Shown here one piece after another: positions 11,601 through 20,793 of a stretch of DNA of 64,000 nt. Position 1 is the first letter of the stretch. Each line of letters opens with the position of its first letter. Under the pieces are notes generated by a model. That model ran no database searches, was not told the DNA's origin, and worked only from the letters and a program-made list of their open reading frames with translations. This stretch comes from Promethearchaeia archaeon. Its GTDB lineage: Archaea > Asgardarchaeota > Lokiarchaeia > Sigyniarchaeales > SOKP01. A program made the position numbers and the translations under genes. The stretch covers positions 64,001 through 128,000 of the forward strand of contig JAHQWG010000035.1 in the NCBI GenBank assembly GCA_029856045.1, written 5' to 3'.

Positions 11601-12361
11601 AAATCATTATTAAACCCACCGTGGGTGTACGAATTATAGGGACTCTGGACTTGAAGTGAATTCAGGAAGGCAATAATTTGGTTTCTCTGAACAAGGTAAT
11701 AATCCCAATTTATGTTAAGGACATTCAATAATTCGACGGCAAAAAATGTATTTTCTGCCGTTGGAATATTTTGCGGGGAACTATCGGGAGAAGGACAACC
11801 AAAAAATCCACCAGTATCCGGATCGTGGCAGCTCCATATATAATCCGTAATATCTTCCTGGTTTAATGCACTTAGCTCATCCAATATAATCAAAGAAAAA
11901 ATGGCATAACAATATGTCAAGAGGGGAGAGTTTTGATAATAAGCTTCCGAGTCTATAAGATCATAAAACCTAAGGGAATAATCATCTTGAAATTCATTGT
12001 TCACAGAATCATAATGAGACATTATATATTGTAAGACTTTTCCCTCATCGATTTGATGTAATTTGCTGATTGCATCCAGAACATACAGAGCAAAATAAGT
12101 ATCCCTGATTGATGGAGAATAATATTCCTGGAAGCATCCATATTGATTATAATCAGATAGTCTGTCATCTAAAAGATCATCGACATTTGATTGGTTTAGA
12201 CCATATTCTGATGAGTCTATACGTTTTATATTTGCCTGGGAAAAATCAATCGAGACCATTTTCTTAGATGATAATAAAGAAATAAATCCAGACATTCCTA
12301 CAATGAATATTATTAGATTTCCAATCAATATTTTTTGTTTAATTTTAATCAATTTAATCAA
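8666..12361 (-). CDS. Large cell-surface protein: prenyltransferase/squalene-cyclase-type repeats, two 205-aa beta-sandwich repeats, C-terminal TM
   Basis: Repeats CHDPDTGGF, QVQ..THGGF, RMNGGGW, QQIEGF, CQF..YGGF; N-terminal anchor; many N-x-S/T sites; start moved to TTG 12361 using TATA at 12382-12389. Confidence 0.75.
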   Translation of the reverse strand: MIKLIKIKQKILIGNLIIFIVGMSGFISLLSSKKMVSIDFSQANIKRIDSSEYGLNQSNVDDLLDDRLSDYNQYGCFQEYYSPSIRDTYFALYVLDAISKLHQIDEGKVLQYIMSHYDSVNNEFQDDYSLRFYDLIDSEAYYQNSPLLTYCYAIFSLIILDELSALNQEDITDYIWSCHDPDTGGFFGCPSPDSSPQNIPTAENTFFAVELLNVLNINWDYYLVQRNQIIAFLNSLQVQSPYNSYTHGGFNNDLEDLVDTVLRYDPNLRSTFFAITILDSFEMLDVINIENLLQYIDGLYDIDSGCFYYNYFNKITKTYNIFSTALTMEVADLIGYNYNNSLSTDFLLNIRMNGGGWENTQFLGTYELIDTYEVIRYFKRNEKLFYLDDLAREEIYQFILRFQQIEGFSSLSRDHTSLKVVWNTVSSFDLNYRIPDLNLQELYELIESAHKNYTFGNLGEGTFYGPATSNLTSVNYRTAPLEYKGTKKHTYSQEIGFLHSVEHIFYALSALDTIYKLDDFSSANNLTELLEHIITCQFLEPGYTKYGGFIPDYIYTLYPPENYEDHIYLHYSYFTIRCIEILDIFLDDGDITNNGIDIDALCTFISAGVMESSQYLYYDPNYSDDFSDILKDIYYMVYVLTSVGRYNLDTQKIINYIFSQLDYSNFRDVYYTFKISKVLNITIDLDIEKVRTLIHSLYIGDEKEYFALNTSETIDTDMVFWICDIAVNDDIRLYYQIDDNATLGYTFRIESSLCNLILDSFGPTVTVKFESDKLGTIVLDKNGENLYEKNIYLDLNPDYLPKIDGKICVYSGIEKIIETPVEINTNIDIISENCYTNNSNSITVEFNYTVNTSSGYTLISGIEMYASVFLNDSFIENVSLGSSRVGQKNHFNLTYGLIELGQYTFDFYVIHPFLDPKIYNPEIGKKELTLQTYYFNELFYQIDNNATLGHTFHIEANLSNPILDSLGPPVTVKFESDMLGTIILDRNGENLYEKDIYLDLNPDYLPKINGNLCVYSGIEKIIENPVEININIDIISEHCYTNNSNSITVEFNYTVNTSSGYTPISGTSMYVNIIINDTFNENITLESSQVGPKNHYSITYDFVDSGSYIFDFYLIHPFLDPDIFNPEIGKKELTFQIYYSISILPEIPDNNPSDNDNSTDPNNEETDSEEQYVSNYNMPALTGIFGFAIVLTVSSTVIRRKQKKNQITDMKKKIKNKKHNNTPIDNKNLKP
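8945..10161. repeat. Intragenic tandem duplication, 615-nt (205-aa) period
   Basis: e.g. gaggatgtattaacggtataattaaattctacggttatagaatttgaattattagtata at 9186 and 9801. Confidence 0.95.
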
Positions 12362-12503
12362 AAGAAGACTAAAAATATACATATATAAAAAAAAAAAGGT
12401 AATTTTCAAATTAGAAAGAAATTCATGAAAATTTTTATATATAAATTTAATTAATTAAATAATATAAAAACAAACTTGAAAAAAATTTAAGGGAGTTGTT
12501 TTT

Positions 12504-12932
12504 TTGCCAAGAATGGATAAAAAAATTATAATTAAAGCGTCTTTAAATAAAATTTATGATATTATGAAGGACTATTCAACTTTACCTAGATGGAATATTG
12601 TTATAAATGAAGCTACTGAACTTGAACCCGGTAAATACTTCTTTAAAACAAATGTTGGAGATGTTATAAATACTGAAATAGAAAATATTCCAAATGAGAG
12701 AATGACATCGACACAAGAGGGAAGTCCGATGACTTCAATAGGATACATTTTTAAACCTGTAGATGAAGGAACCGAAGTGACACTTTGGGCAGAATTTGAA
12801 TTAGAGGATCAAAGAAATGTTATGGACATAGCAGGAGATTTATTTTTAAAGAGTTTGAAAGTATATGTTGATTATATTGAAGCTGGTGGAAATCCAGAAG
12901 AATATAAGAAGAAATTTTCAGCAATAAAGTAA
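12504..12932 (+). CDS. SRPBCC/START-like (polyketide cyclase) protein
   Basis: IIIKASLNKIYDIMKDYSTLPRW and FKPVDEGTEVT patterns. Confidence 0.8.
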   Translation: MPRMDKKIIIKASLNKIYDIMKDYSTLPRWNIVINEATELEPGKYFFKTNVGDVINTEIENIPNERMTSTQEGSPMTSIGYIFKPVDEGTEVTLWAEFELEDQRNVMDIAGDLFLKSLKVYVDYIEAGGNPEEYKKKFSAIK

Positions 12933-13103
12933 ATTTAAAAATTCCTAAAATTCTTCCTAAATCGTTAATATCTCATGCTTCTTGGAGATATGGAGTGATT
13001 TTAATTATGATAATACCATTTTCCTTTCTTTTTATTATTATAAGTCTTAATAAAAGAAATATCTGGAAAAAATAATATAATAAAAAAAAAAAATTAATTA
13101 TTA

Positions 13104-13616
13104 TTAATCTCTGCCTGCAAAACCCCCAATAAGACCTAAAAAGCCTCCTGCAATTAATACGTATGTCCCAATATCCACTGTGTCAAGTTCTAATATTTTA
13201 AGCGGAATTATTCCATCTATTAATGGCTCGGCATCCCAAAATAAAAATGTATATATACTCAATTCCGTAGGAAGAACCCCAAAACCATATAATAAAATAT
13301 ATATACCTATTAAAATTGGCAATATTGAGCCTATAATCACTAATACGCGACTTTTTACCCCAATTAACTGAAAGATCCCTGAAATCAAGAAAAAAATAAT
13401 AACGACTACAATAATATAAATTGCAAAAGTTGGTAAACTAAATAAAGTCGCATATGAATCAGGATTGGTTAACATCTCTGGGATTTGTTTCATTGAGCCT
13501 ATTCCACCAAGATAAATGGTTACAAAAAAGAATTCAAATGCAAAAAAAGATAAAAAGTATGTTGCTACTATCGTTAAAAGTCCAGCTAATACACTAAAAA
13601 TTTTTCCAGCACCCAT
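13104..13616 (-). CDS. Four-TM membrane protein
   Basis: Hydrophobic segments, C-terminal GTYVLIAGG; GAGG SD. Confidence 0.75.
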   Translation of the reverse strand: MGAGKIFSVLAGLLTIVATYFLSFFAFEFFFVTIYLGGIGSMKQIPEMLTNPDSYATLFSLPTFAIYIIVVVIIFFLISGIFQLIGVKSRVLVIIGSILPILIGIYILLYGFGVLPTELSIYTFLFWDAEPLIDGIIPLKILELDTVDIGTYVLIAGGFLGLIGGFAGRD

Positions 13617-13780
13617 TTTTTAATAAACCTCTTAAAAAAGATTTCGATTATAAATAATTTAATCACAGAATTATTTATAATTTATGTTATTTCTTTTACG
13701 AAATTGTCTTGTTTTTTATTCAAAAAAAAATAAATTATATATTTAAAGCGATTTTTAAGTGAATAAATATTTTCTTTATT

Positions 13781-14968
13781 GTGATACCACCTTGGCTAAG
13801 CTTTCTTCTGATAATTGCATTAATTATTATTTTTTCTAAAAAAGAATTGAGCATCATTTTGTTTTTTGGGGCTCTAATATTTGGAATTTTAACTCAAGTA
13901 GATGTAATAATTTCGATTATTTCAGTCTTTACGGATCCTTCAATCATCCTATTAGCACTTTCAGTAACATTAATCCCCATTCTCGGTGGTATAATGGAAG
14001 AGTCAGGCCTAATGCTTGAATTGGTTCAAAAAATGAAGGTTTCTAAAAGAGTTGCATTAATGACAGCTCCCGGGCTTTTTGGGCTTTTACCAGTACCGGG
14101 AGGGGCACTTCTCTCCGCTCCAATCATAGATCAAATAGATCCAAACCTTAATCCTAATCGTAAGGTTGGAATCAATGTATGGTATCGTCATGTATTAATT
14201 TTAATTTATCCTCTTTCCTCCACTCTGATTGTAGCCAGCGCCTTATCCGGTATTTTATTATATATCATTATTGCAGCGATGATTATTCCATTTATCATTA
14301 TGATAATTATTGGATACTACACATTACTTCGAACAATTGAAAAAACGGAAGACATAAATACTCGGGATCTTAAAAGAGTGTTCTTTAATATTATCCCCAT
14401 TGTGATAGCACCAATTATTGATTTTATTGGTAGAATTGTTCTAAATCTTACTATTCCAGAGATTTTTTTATTTATTGGATTAGTCTTGAGCATTTGGGTT
14501 GCTTTAAAATTTGCAAAAATGCCGGCATCAAATATAAGAAATATCGCTAAAAAAATGCAAATTTGGAGATTTCCACTTTTGATTATTGCAATGTTCTTAT
14601 TTTTAGATATATTCATAAATTCAGGGGTGCCTGAAGATATTGGAGCATTAGATCTACCGTTTATATTATTAATTTGCATCGGATTTTTACTTGGATTTGC
14701 TTTAGGGCGCGTTATATTACCAATTTCGATTTTAATTCCGATTTATTTAATCCAAAACATCTTAATAATTATGCCTCTACTTGATTTTGTATTTCTATAT
14801 TTTGCTACATTTCTGGGCTATTTAATGACCCCACTTCACCCATGTCTTGCATACAGTATCCAATACTTCAAAACTGTCTATAAAAAAGCTTTCAAAGATA
14901 TAGCAATTCCCACATTTATCTGCTTTGGTTTATTACTAATCGTTTATTTGATTATCAGTTTATTTTAA
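13781..14968 (+). CDS. DUF401 family permease
   Basis: GLLPVPGGALLSAP, NVWYRH, GYLMTPLHPCL. Confidence 0.85.
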   Translation: MIPPWLSFLLIIALIIIFSKKELSIILFFGALIFGILTQVDVIISIISVFTDPSIILLALSVTLIPILGGIMEESGLMLELVQKMKVSKRVALMTAPGLFGLLPVPGGALLSAPIIDQIDPNLNPNRKVGINVWYRHVLILIYPLSSTLIVASALSGILLYIIIAAMIIPFIIMIIIGYYTLLRTIEKTEDINTRDLKRVFFNIIPIVIAPIIDFIGRIVLNLTIPEIFLFIGLVLSIWVALKFAKMPASNIRNIAKKMQIWRFPLLIIAMFLFLDIFINSGVPEDIGALDLPFILLICIGFLLGFALGRVILPISILIPIYLIQNILIIMPLLDFVFLYFATFLGYLMTPLHPCLAYSIQYFKTVYKKAFKDIAIPTFICFGLLLIVYLIISLF

Positions 14969-15047
14969 ACCTTTCACACGTTTTTAGAGCGTGGAGGAAC
15001 TTTAAAAAAATTTATTAAAAGGAGAGAAAAAAGGAAGTAATTAAAAC

Positions 15048-16304
15048 TTATATAGGAGGGCCTTTTTCCGGATGCCTTTTATTTAATTTTAAAATTTGAA
15101 AATCGCTCCTATTTATTATATTTGTATAGTTCTCTAAAAGATTAAGTGGATAAGTATTTATGGTAAATTTGAGTGGATCTGAATGCAAATTATGAGGAAC
15201 TATATCTCGAAAATCTTCCAGACTTACATTAAAATGATGTTCCTTTTCATTTTTTAGGTCAATAATTACAATTTCACTTTCATCTGATTCTTCAATTTCT
15301 TTCCCAACTGAGATATCTTGAACAATATCAGACTTAATTATTAGCGCATCAAACACAACACCTTCAATTACTTCTTTTATCAATTTTGATGAGTTTACTA
15401 AACTTTTGAATCCTGAAATTCTCTTTTTACCGAAAATATGATTTTTAACCTGATAATTAATTGTGCTCATTTTAATTCCAATCTTATCACAAATGCTTGA
15501 GATCGAAACGGAATTAATATTTTTAGCAGTTATTGTTAAGGTGGTCACCACACCTGCGATTACATCATCTTTTGTATTCTTGATAAATGGCCAAAATTTC
15601 AGCAGTATAATATTTGCAATTTTAATGAAATCATTGTTAAAATTAAAGGATAAACAAATTTCATTTATTTTTTTAAGGATCAATTGTTTTCTATCTCTCC
15701 TAGCGTAAGCTGGATAATAGCGAGATGCTTCCATTAAAATCTCTTTAAAATCGCTTTTACTTACGTTTAAAATGTTTATAAAATGTGGAATTTCGAAATT
15801 AATTGCTTTTACTTTTGAAACCATAAAGAGAATAACGGGTACTAACTTCTCTGGTGCCCTTCCTTTAGTTCCTTTTTTTAAATTTTTCCAAACATTCTTA
15901 AAAACGAAGATACAATCAGATTTTAACGAGATAGGAAGATGTAGAGCAGTTATAATACGATTAAATTCGGAATCAGCTATTTGAAGTACAAAATTTCTAT
16001 ATCCATTAGAAATCCTTTGCATCTTTGACATTCGCTCTAACTCATATGAGCGTGAATTTGCTCTCCTTTCTAAATTAGTCCCTAATTTTGTTGTTTTCTT
16101 AAGTTCATTAGAATAAACTTGAATTGAATCTTGATTATAGGGAGAGTTATATCGAAAGATCGGTAAATCTAATGTTAATCCACAATTTCTACAAACATAA
16201 ACACCACCAGACTCGATAATGTCTTCTGATCTACAGCCGTCACAGAAAAATCCAATCGTTTTTTCCGGTAAATCAAATATTTGAAGGTTTTTATTAAACA
16301 TCAT
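15048..16304 (-). CDS. Divergent TFB/TFIIB paralog (Zn ribbon plus two cyclin folds, C-terminal tail)
   Basis: CDGC..VYVCRNCG ribbon; EFNRIITALHLP; KGRAPEKL; terminal HTH SISSICDKIGIKMSTI. Confidence 0.75.
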   Translation of the reverse strand: MMFNKNLQIFDLPEKTIGFFCDGCRSEDIIESGGVYVCRNCGLTLDLPIFRYNSPYNQDSIQVYSNELKKTTKLGTNLERRANSRSYELERMSKMQRISNGYRNFVLQIADSEFNRIITALHLPISLKSDCIFVFKNVWKNLKKGTKGRAPEKLVPVILFMVSKVKAINFEIPHFINILNVSKSDFKEILMEASRYYPAYARRDRKQLILKKINEICLSFNFNNDFIKIANIILLKFWPFIKNTKDDVIAGVVTTLTITAKNINSVSISSICDKIGIKMSTINYQVKNHIFGKKRISGFKSLVNSSKLIKEVIEGVVFDALIIKSDIVQDISVGKEIEESDESEIVIIDLKNEKEHHFNVSLEDFRDIVPHNLHSDPLKFTINTYPLNLLENYTNIINRSDFQILKLNKRHPEKGPPI

Positions 16305-16687
16305 TTTTTATAGATCCGAAATTTAATTATCACTTGAATATGATAGGGTAGGAGTTTTAATTTTAAAGATTACGATTACCCTCTAGAAATGGCTTCTATC
16401 ATATTTTAAATGGAATAAAATTGAATAAAATTGAATTCTTAAGGAATAATCTAAGATCTAGTATTCTTCATCAAAAATCTAAGACCCTTTAAATTATTTA
16501 AAAAACGTCTCTGATAAAAATATAAAAAGGTACTGCAATTATATTTAAAAATTAATAAGTTTATGGTGTCAAAGGTTCTTAAATTATTAAAAAATTATTT
16601 ATGTATAAAAAACTAAAAATTAATTTTTATCTAAAAATATTAGCCTAAATCTATTAGGGTGCGTTATTTGATATGTTTCATAAAAAT

Positions 16688-17431
16688 TTACTCTAAATTT
16701 AATAATTTATTTAATTTTGGGATAATTTCATCAGAAAAATCATAATATTGAAGAAAAAGATCCAAAAATTCATCGTAATCATTTTCATTTAAATTAAAAT
16801 TTTGAAATATCAGGTTGCGCGAAATATCAGAAAGAGGAGTATTACTTATCCAATTTAAAAACTTACTAAAAAAATCGCCATTACCAGTTAAAATATAACC
16901 TAAATTAATCCAAACTTTATCAGGAACAAGTCCCTCATTATTAAATAATGTTTTTTCGATAATCCTCAAACTTTCTTTATTATTTTTTATTTTCTGTAAT
17001 GCTTTAAAATTGGTCCCATTACTTATTTTAAAGCTTTCAATGAATAGCTTTTGAGCTTCTATTTTATTCCCTGCAATTTCTTCAATCAATCCCAAGTAAT
17101 AATAATTTACATCAAAAAATTGATTGATTTTTATAGAAGCAATGAACATTTTTTTTGCAGTTTTATATTTCTTTTGCTTGAATTTTATTTTTCCTAAAAG
17201 ATATCTTGATTCGAAATCTTCAGGATCGTTCAGTATTGCTTTATTGAGAAAATCTTCACTTTCTACAAATTTTCTTAACTTATAAAGAACCTTTGCCATA
17301 AAACCATAAGCAGTACTATAATTAATATTAATTTCAAATATGTTTTTCAGAAGATTGTATGCTTCTTCAATATTATTCTCGCTATATTGAAATTCCGCTT
17401 CCAACATTAGGTTTTCTAATTTAGAATTCAT
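16688..17431 (-). CDS. TPR-repeat protein
   Basis: AY..MAKVL, RYLLGKI, YYYLGLI TPR patterns. Confidence 0.8.
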   Translation of the reverse strand: MNSKLENLMLEAEFQYSENNIEEAYNLLKNIFEININYSTAYGFMAKVLYKLRKFVESEDFLNKAILNDPEDFESRYLLGKIKFKQKKYKTAKKMFIASIKINQFFDVNYYYLGLIEEIAGNKIEAQKLFIESFKISNGTNFKALQKIKNNKESLRIIEKTLFNNEGLVPDKVWINLGYILTGNGDFFSKFLNWISNTPLSDISRNLIFQNFNLNENDYDEFLDLFLQYYDFSDEIIPKLNKLLNLE

Positions 17432-17574
17432 CTATAAATGAACTCAAGAATTTTTTTATCCAATATGGTTAAATAAATCTTTATTATGATTTTATAATAA
17501 TTTATCTGTATTTTTTGTTAATACTAATTTTTTTTTTATTGAATTCAAAAAATTTGATGATTTTTCTTTTTATA

Positions 17575-20106
17575 TCATGCTAATGTATTAAACCCCTCAA
17601 ATTCTTTTATTTTGCTTTTATTTTTTCTTGATTTTGTTGATATTATTATTGATTTACAGATTGTTAAGTTTAATCCTGTTTTATGTCGCAATATATGAGG
17701 ATTTTCAGAAAGAACTTTTGATGCAATATGATATCCAGCATTATACAAAATCCGACCCCTGACTCTTCCCACATTCCTCAACCTTAAAACTAAATCAAAT
17801 AATTCTTCACGAATTCCGTGTGTAATTCGGATTATTAATGTTTCACATAAATTTGCAATTTTATCATCATCTAAATAAGAAGCAATTATTCCAATAAATT
17901 TGATAATTCTGATAACGTTTTCTTTAATTGAAAATAAATCCCCGGCATAAATTTTGAATTCATCCAATATATTTTGTAAAGGTTCTTCATCTGCCCACCA
18001 AATGAGTGGTTTCATCATCTTCATATTTCTGATTCTTGATTCAGATTTTAATACAATAAAAGCACACTTAATTAAACTTTTATAATCATTAACTTCACCG
18101 TTTTCTAACATTTTTCTAATTTTTACACCGCTTGACGGATACAGATATAATTTAACTATTAATTTGCCAAAATTGGAGCAAATTAATCCATTCCTTTCCT
18201 TTAATAAAAGCCCTTTCTCAATTAAATAATCTAAGATATATTCTCCCTTCACACTTTTAGGGATTATATCATTTACGTATTTTATTATTCTTACATCGGT
18301 CTGAGAAACCAAAAATAAAAGAAAACTACTTATGTGATTACAAAAAATGAAGTTACAAGAATTTTGTCCTAGTAAATCTTCTCCAACTCTATTATTAAAA
18401 TTACAACTACATGTAATTCCGCTATCCATATCAAATCTTACATGAAAGACTCCAAAATCTGTTTTAACTATCCCTTCAATTGAATCCTTTTTTATATTTG
18501 TAATTTTTGTTTGAAAGTTAGACCTTTTAATTTTTTCTAAAACTTCTGGATTTGAATGCAATTTCAATATATTCTCTGTTGTTATTTCTTTAATTCGTAA
18601 GAATTGATCTATGGGAATTATTTTATCCTTTATGCAATTCCAATAATATGTTTTTTCAAAAAAATTTTTCAATTTATTAAATGAAATGGATTCTTGCTCA
18701 AAAACCCTTAATAATACTTGTTCTCTTAAAGTTTCAGTTGAATTTATAGCAGATTGAATAGAATTATATATAGGAACCAATCGTTTTCCATCCTCTCCTA
18801 TTTGAAAATATTGATCCTCCACCCATATTTTTTCTTCAATGTTTTTAACAAGTATTATTCCAAAACCTTTAAGATCTAAACCTGGTCTACCAGCTCTGCC
18901 CAGCATTTGGAAAATTTGATTTCTTGAAAAAGGTTCAAAATAAGTAAATCCATTGCCAAAATCTTCATAAAATTTAGAAAAATCGGTAATGTTATCAACA
19001 CTTGTTTGATATCTTTTAAAATCCTTAATAATTACCATTCGAGCTGGCGTGTTTATTCCTGCGGAGAGAGTTGTTGTGGAACAAATAACTTTTAAAATTC
19101 TCTTATTAAAATATTCTTCAATTATTTGTCGTTCTTTTGAGAGAAGTCCTGCATGATGGAAAACCACACCTCCTTTTATGCAGCTCTTTAATTCAGTAAT
19201 TCCACCCTTAATGTTTTCTAATTGCTGTGATAATTTTTTACAGATTGATAGTTCTTGAGGATCCAACTTTTTCTTTATAAAATTTTTAAGGTATAGAGCA
19301 AGCTTCTGCGCTTCCTTCCTTTTATTCACAAATATTATAATTTGGCCTTTTTTCTTTAAAATTTCATTTACATAATGTTTGATGGTTGAATCTTTATTTT
19401 GAGACACTTTGATATCATATTTTAATGGTACTGGCCTTTCATTAGAAATTATTAAGATAAATTCTTGCCCAAGTGACGATAACCAGTTGCAAAAAAATTC
19501 AGGATTTGCTACTGTGGCAGATAAAGCAATAATTTGAGGATTAATCAAAAATTCATTCAATCTAACAATTAATGATTCTAACCGCGGACCTCTGTCTCTC
19601 TCTCCAACACAATGTATTTCATCTATAATAATTGTCGTAATTTCATTAATCCATTTTTCTTCTTTATAATTTCTTAATATTGAGTCCATCTTCTCATATG
19701 TAGTTATAATTATATTAGCTTTTTGAAGTTCCTTATCGTCAATGACAATATCCCCGATTGATAATTCTATTTTTATTCCGTATTTACTGTAATTTTTCGA
19801 GAAATATTGATACTTCTCGGAAGCCAAAGCTTTAAATGGTACTAAGTAAATTGCCTTTCCATCGTTTTTGAAAATATTATTAACAATACACAGTTCACCA
19901 ATCAATGTTTTTCCGCTACCGGAGGGTGCAACAATTAAAAAAGATTTATTAAAATAGAGTCCCTTAATAATTGCTTCTTTTTGGATATCTCGTAAATTAT
20001 AAATGTTATTTTTTAATAAGATTCTAATTATTCTCTCATCGTCTACATATTGATTAAATTCTGAGATTATTTCCTCCGGTGATTTTTCAAAATTAGTCGT
20101 TGTCAT
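17575..20106 (-). CDS. Ski2-like (Hel308/Hjm-family) DNA helicase with inserted SWIM Zn finger and C-terminal HhH
   Basis: APSGSGKT, DEIH, SAT, QMLGRAGRPG; CSC-x17-CNH insert; LRNVGRVRGRILY. Confidence 0.9.
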   Translation of the reverse strand: MTTTNFEKSPEEIISEFNQYVDDERIIRILLKNNIYNLRDIQKEAIIKGLYFNKSFLIVAPSGSGKTLIGELCIVNNIFKNDGKAIYLVPFKALASEKYQYFSKNYSKYGIKIELSIGDIVIDDKELQKANIIITTYEKMDSILRNYKEEKWINEITTIIIDEIHCVGERDRGPRLESLIVRLNEFLINPQIIALSATVANPEFFCNWLSSLGQEFILIISNERPVPLKYDIKVSQNKDSTIKHYVNEILKKKGQIIIFVNKRKEAQKLALYLKNFIKKKLDPQELSICKKLSQQLENIKGGITELKSCIKGGVVFHHAGLLSKERQIIEEYFNKRILKVICSTTTLSAGINTPARMVIIKDFKRYQTSVDNITDFSKFYEDFGNGFTYFEPFSRNQIFQMLGRAGRPGLDLKGFGIILVKNIEEKIWVEDQYFQIGEDGKRLVPIYNSIQSAINSTETLREQVLLRVFEQESISFNKLKNFFEKTYYWNCIKDKIIPIDQFLRIKEITTENILKLHSNPEVLEKIKRSNFQTKITNIKKDSIEGIVKTDFGVFHVRFDMDSGITCSCNFNNRVGEDLLGQNSCNFIFCNHISSFLLFLVSQTDVRIIKYVNDIIPKSVKGEYILDYLIEKGLLLKERNGLICSNFGKLIVKLYLYPSSGVKIRKMLENGEVNDYKSLIKCAFIVLKSESRIRNMKMMKPLIWWADEEPLQNILDEFKIYAGDLFSIKENVIRIIKFIGIIASYLDDDKIANLCETLIIRITHGIREELFDLVLRLRNVGRVRGRILYNAGYHIASKVLSENPHILRHKTGLNLTICKSIIISTKSRKNKSKIKEFEGFNTLA

Positions 20107-20180
20107 TTTTTCTTTAGAGGGTCTTTAATTAATCTGGATTGAACTTTTTTTAAATTAGTTAAATATTACTAAAATTGCAA

Positions 20181-20195
20181 TTTATAAAGAAAAAA
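20181..20195 (-). promoter_or_regulatory. T-run/TATA promoter motif
   Basis: TTTTTT-C-TTTATAAA upstream of the helicase. Confidence 0.45.
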
Positions 20196-20254
20196 TCTCA
20201 ATTAAATTACAAGTATCTCAATTAAAACCATTTATTACTTTTTTTTCTCACTTC

Positions 20255-20267
20255 TTTTATTTAAATA
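20255..20267 (+). promoter_or_regulatory. T-run/TATA promoter motif
   Basis: TTTT-A-TTTAAATA, 24 nt before ATG 20292. Confidence 0.55.
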
Positions 20268-20291
20268 GTTTGATTTTATACATCTACTAAT

Positions 20292-20717
20292 ATGGATAAA
20301 AGATTATTTGATCCAAACGACATAAAAATTTCACGCTCTGGAATATGGAAAATAGAAAGAGACCATGGAATTTTATATTTTGGGGTTAATTTAGACAATA
20401 AATCAGATTTTAATATTTATAATCTCAAATTTTTCTTACACAAAATTCCCATAAATATGAAATTAGAGCCAAAACAAATTCATAGAATTCCAAATTTGAA
20501 TCCAAAAACGAATATCTCAGTTTATTTCAGGTTAATTCCCGAAAAAGATTATATTTTTGATACTGTAGAAGGATTTATTTCATATTATGATTTACGAGAA
20601 AAAATATATATTAGAGATATAGAGCCGTATAAGATCGAATTTCAAAGAGAATTATATACACCGAATAAAATTTTCATAAGGAATTTGAATCAAAAAGTTA
20701 AGTCTTCTTCTATTTAA
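20292..20717 (+). CDS. Hypothetical Ig-like beta-sandwich protein
   Basis: V.LDNKSDF.I.NL and IPNLNP....VYF pattern resembles adaptin-ear/CARDB-type sandwiches. Confidence 0.55.
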   Translation: MDKRLFDPNDIKISRSGIWKIERDHGILYFGVNLDNKSDFNIYNLKFFLHKIPINMKLEPKQIHRIPNLNPKTNISVYFRLIPEKDYIFDTVEGFISYYDLREKIYIRDIEPYKIEFQRELYTPNKIFIRNLNQKVKSSSI

Positions 20718-20749
20718 GCGTTTTCACTGATATAAAAAAAACTTTGGAG

Positions 20750-20766
20750 TTTTTTTTATTTAAATA
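20750..20766 (+). promoter_or_regulatory. T-run/TATA promoter motif of the membrane operon
   Basis: T8-A-TTTAAATA, 27 nt before ATG 20794. Confidence 0.55.
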
Positions 20767-20793
20767 TACTTATTTGAACATCTATTGGATATT

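Noticed and set aside
12968-12991. Hairpin ATATCTC/GAGATAT between convergent genes
   Set aside because: Short, AT-rich, plausibly chance or an ordinary terminator
15048-15075. C-terminal KGPP as a RAPP/RGPP-like ribosome arrest motif
   Set aside because: Lacks the Arg and there is no downstream co-oriented gene to regulate
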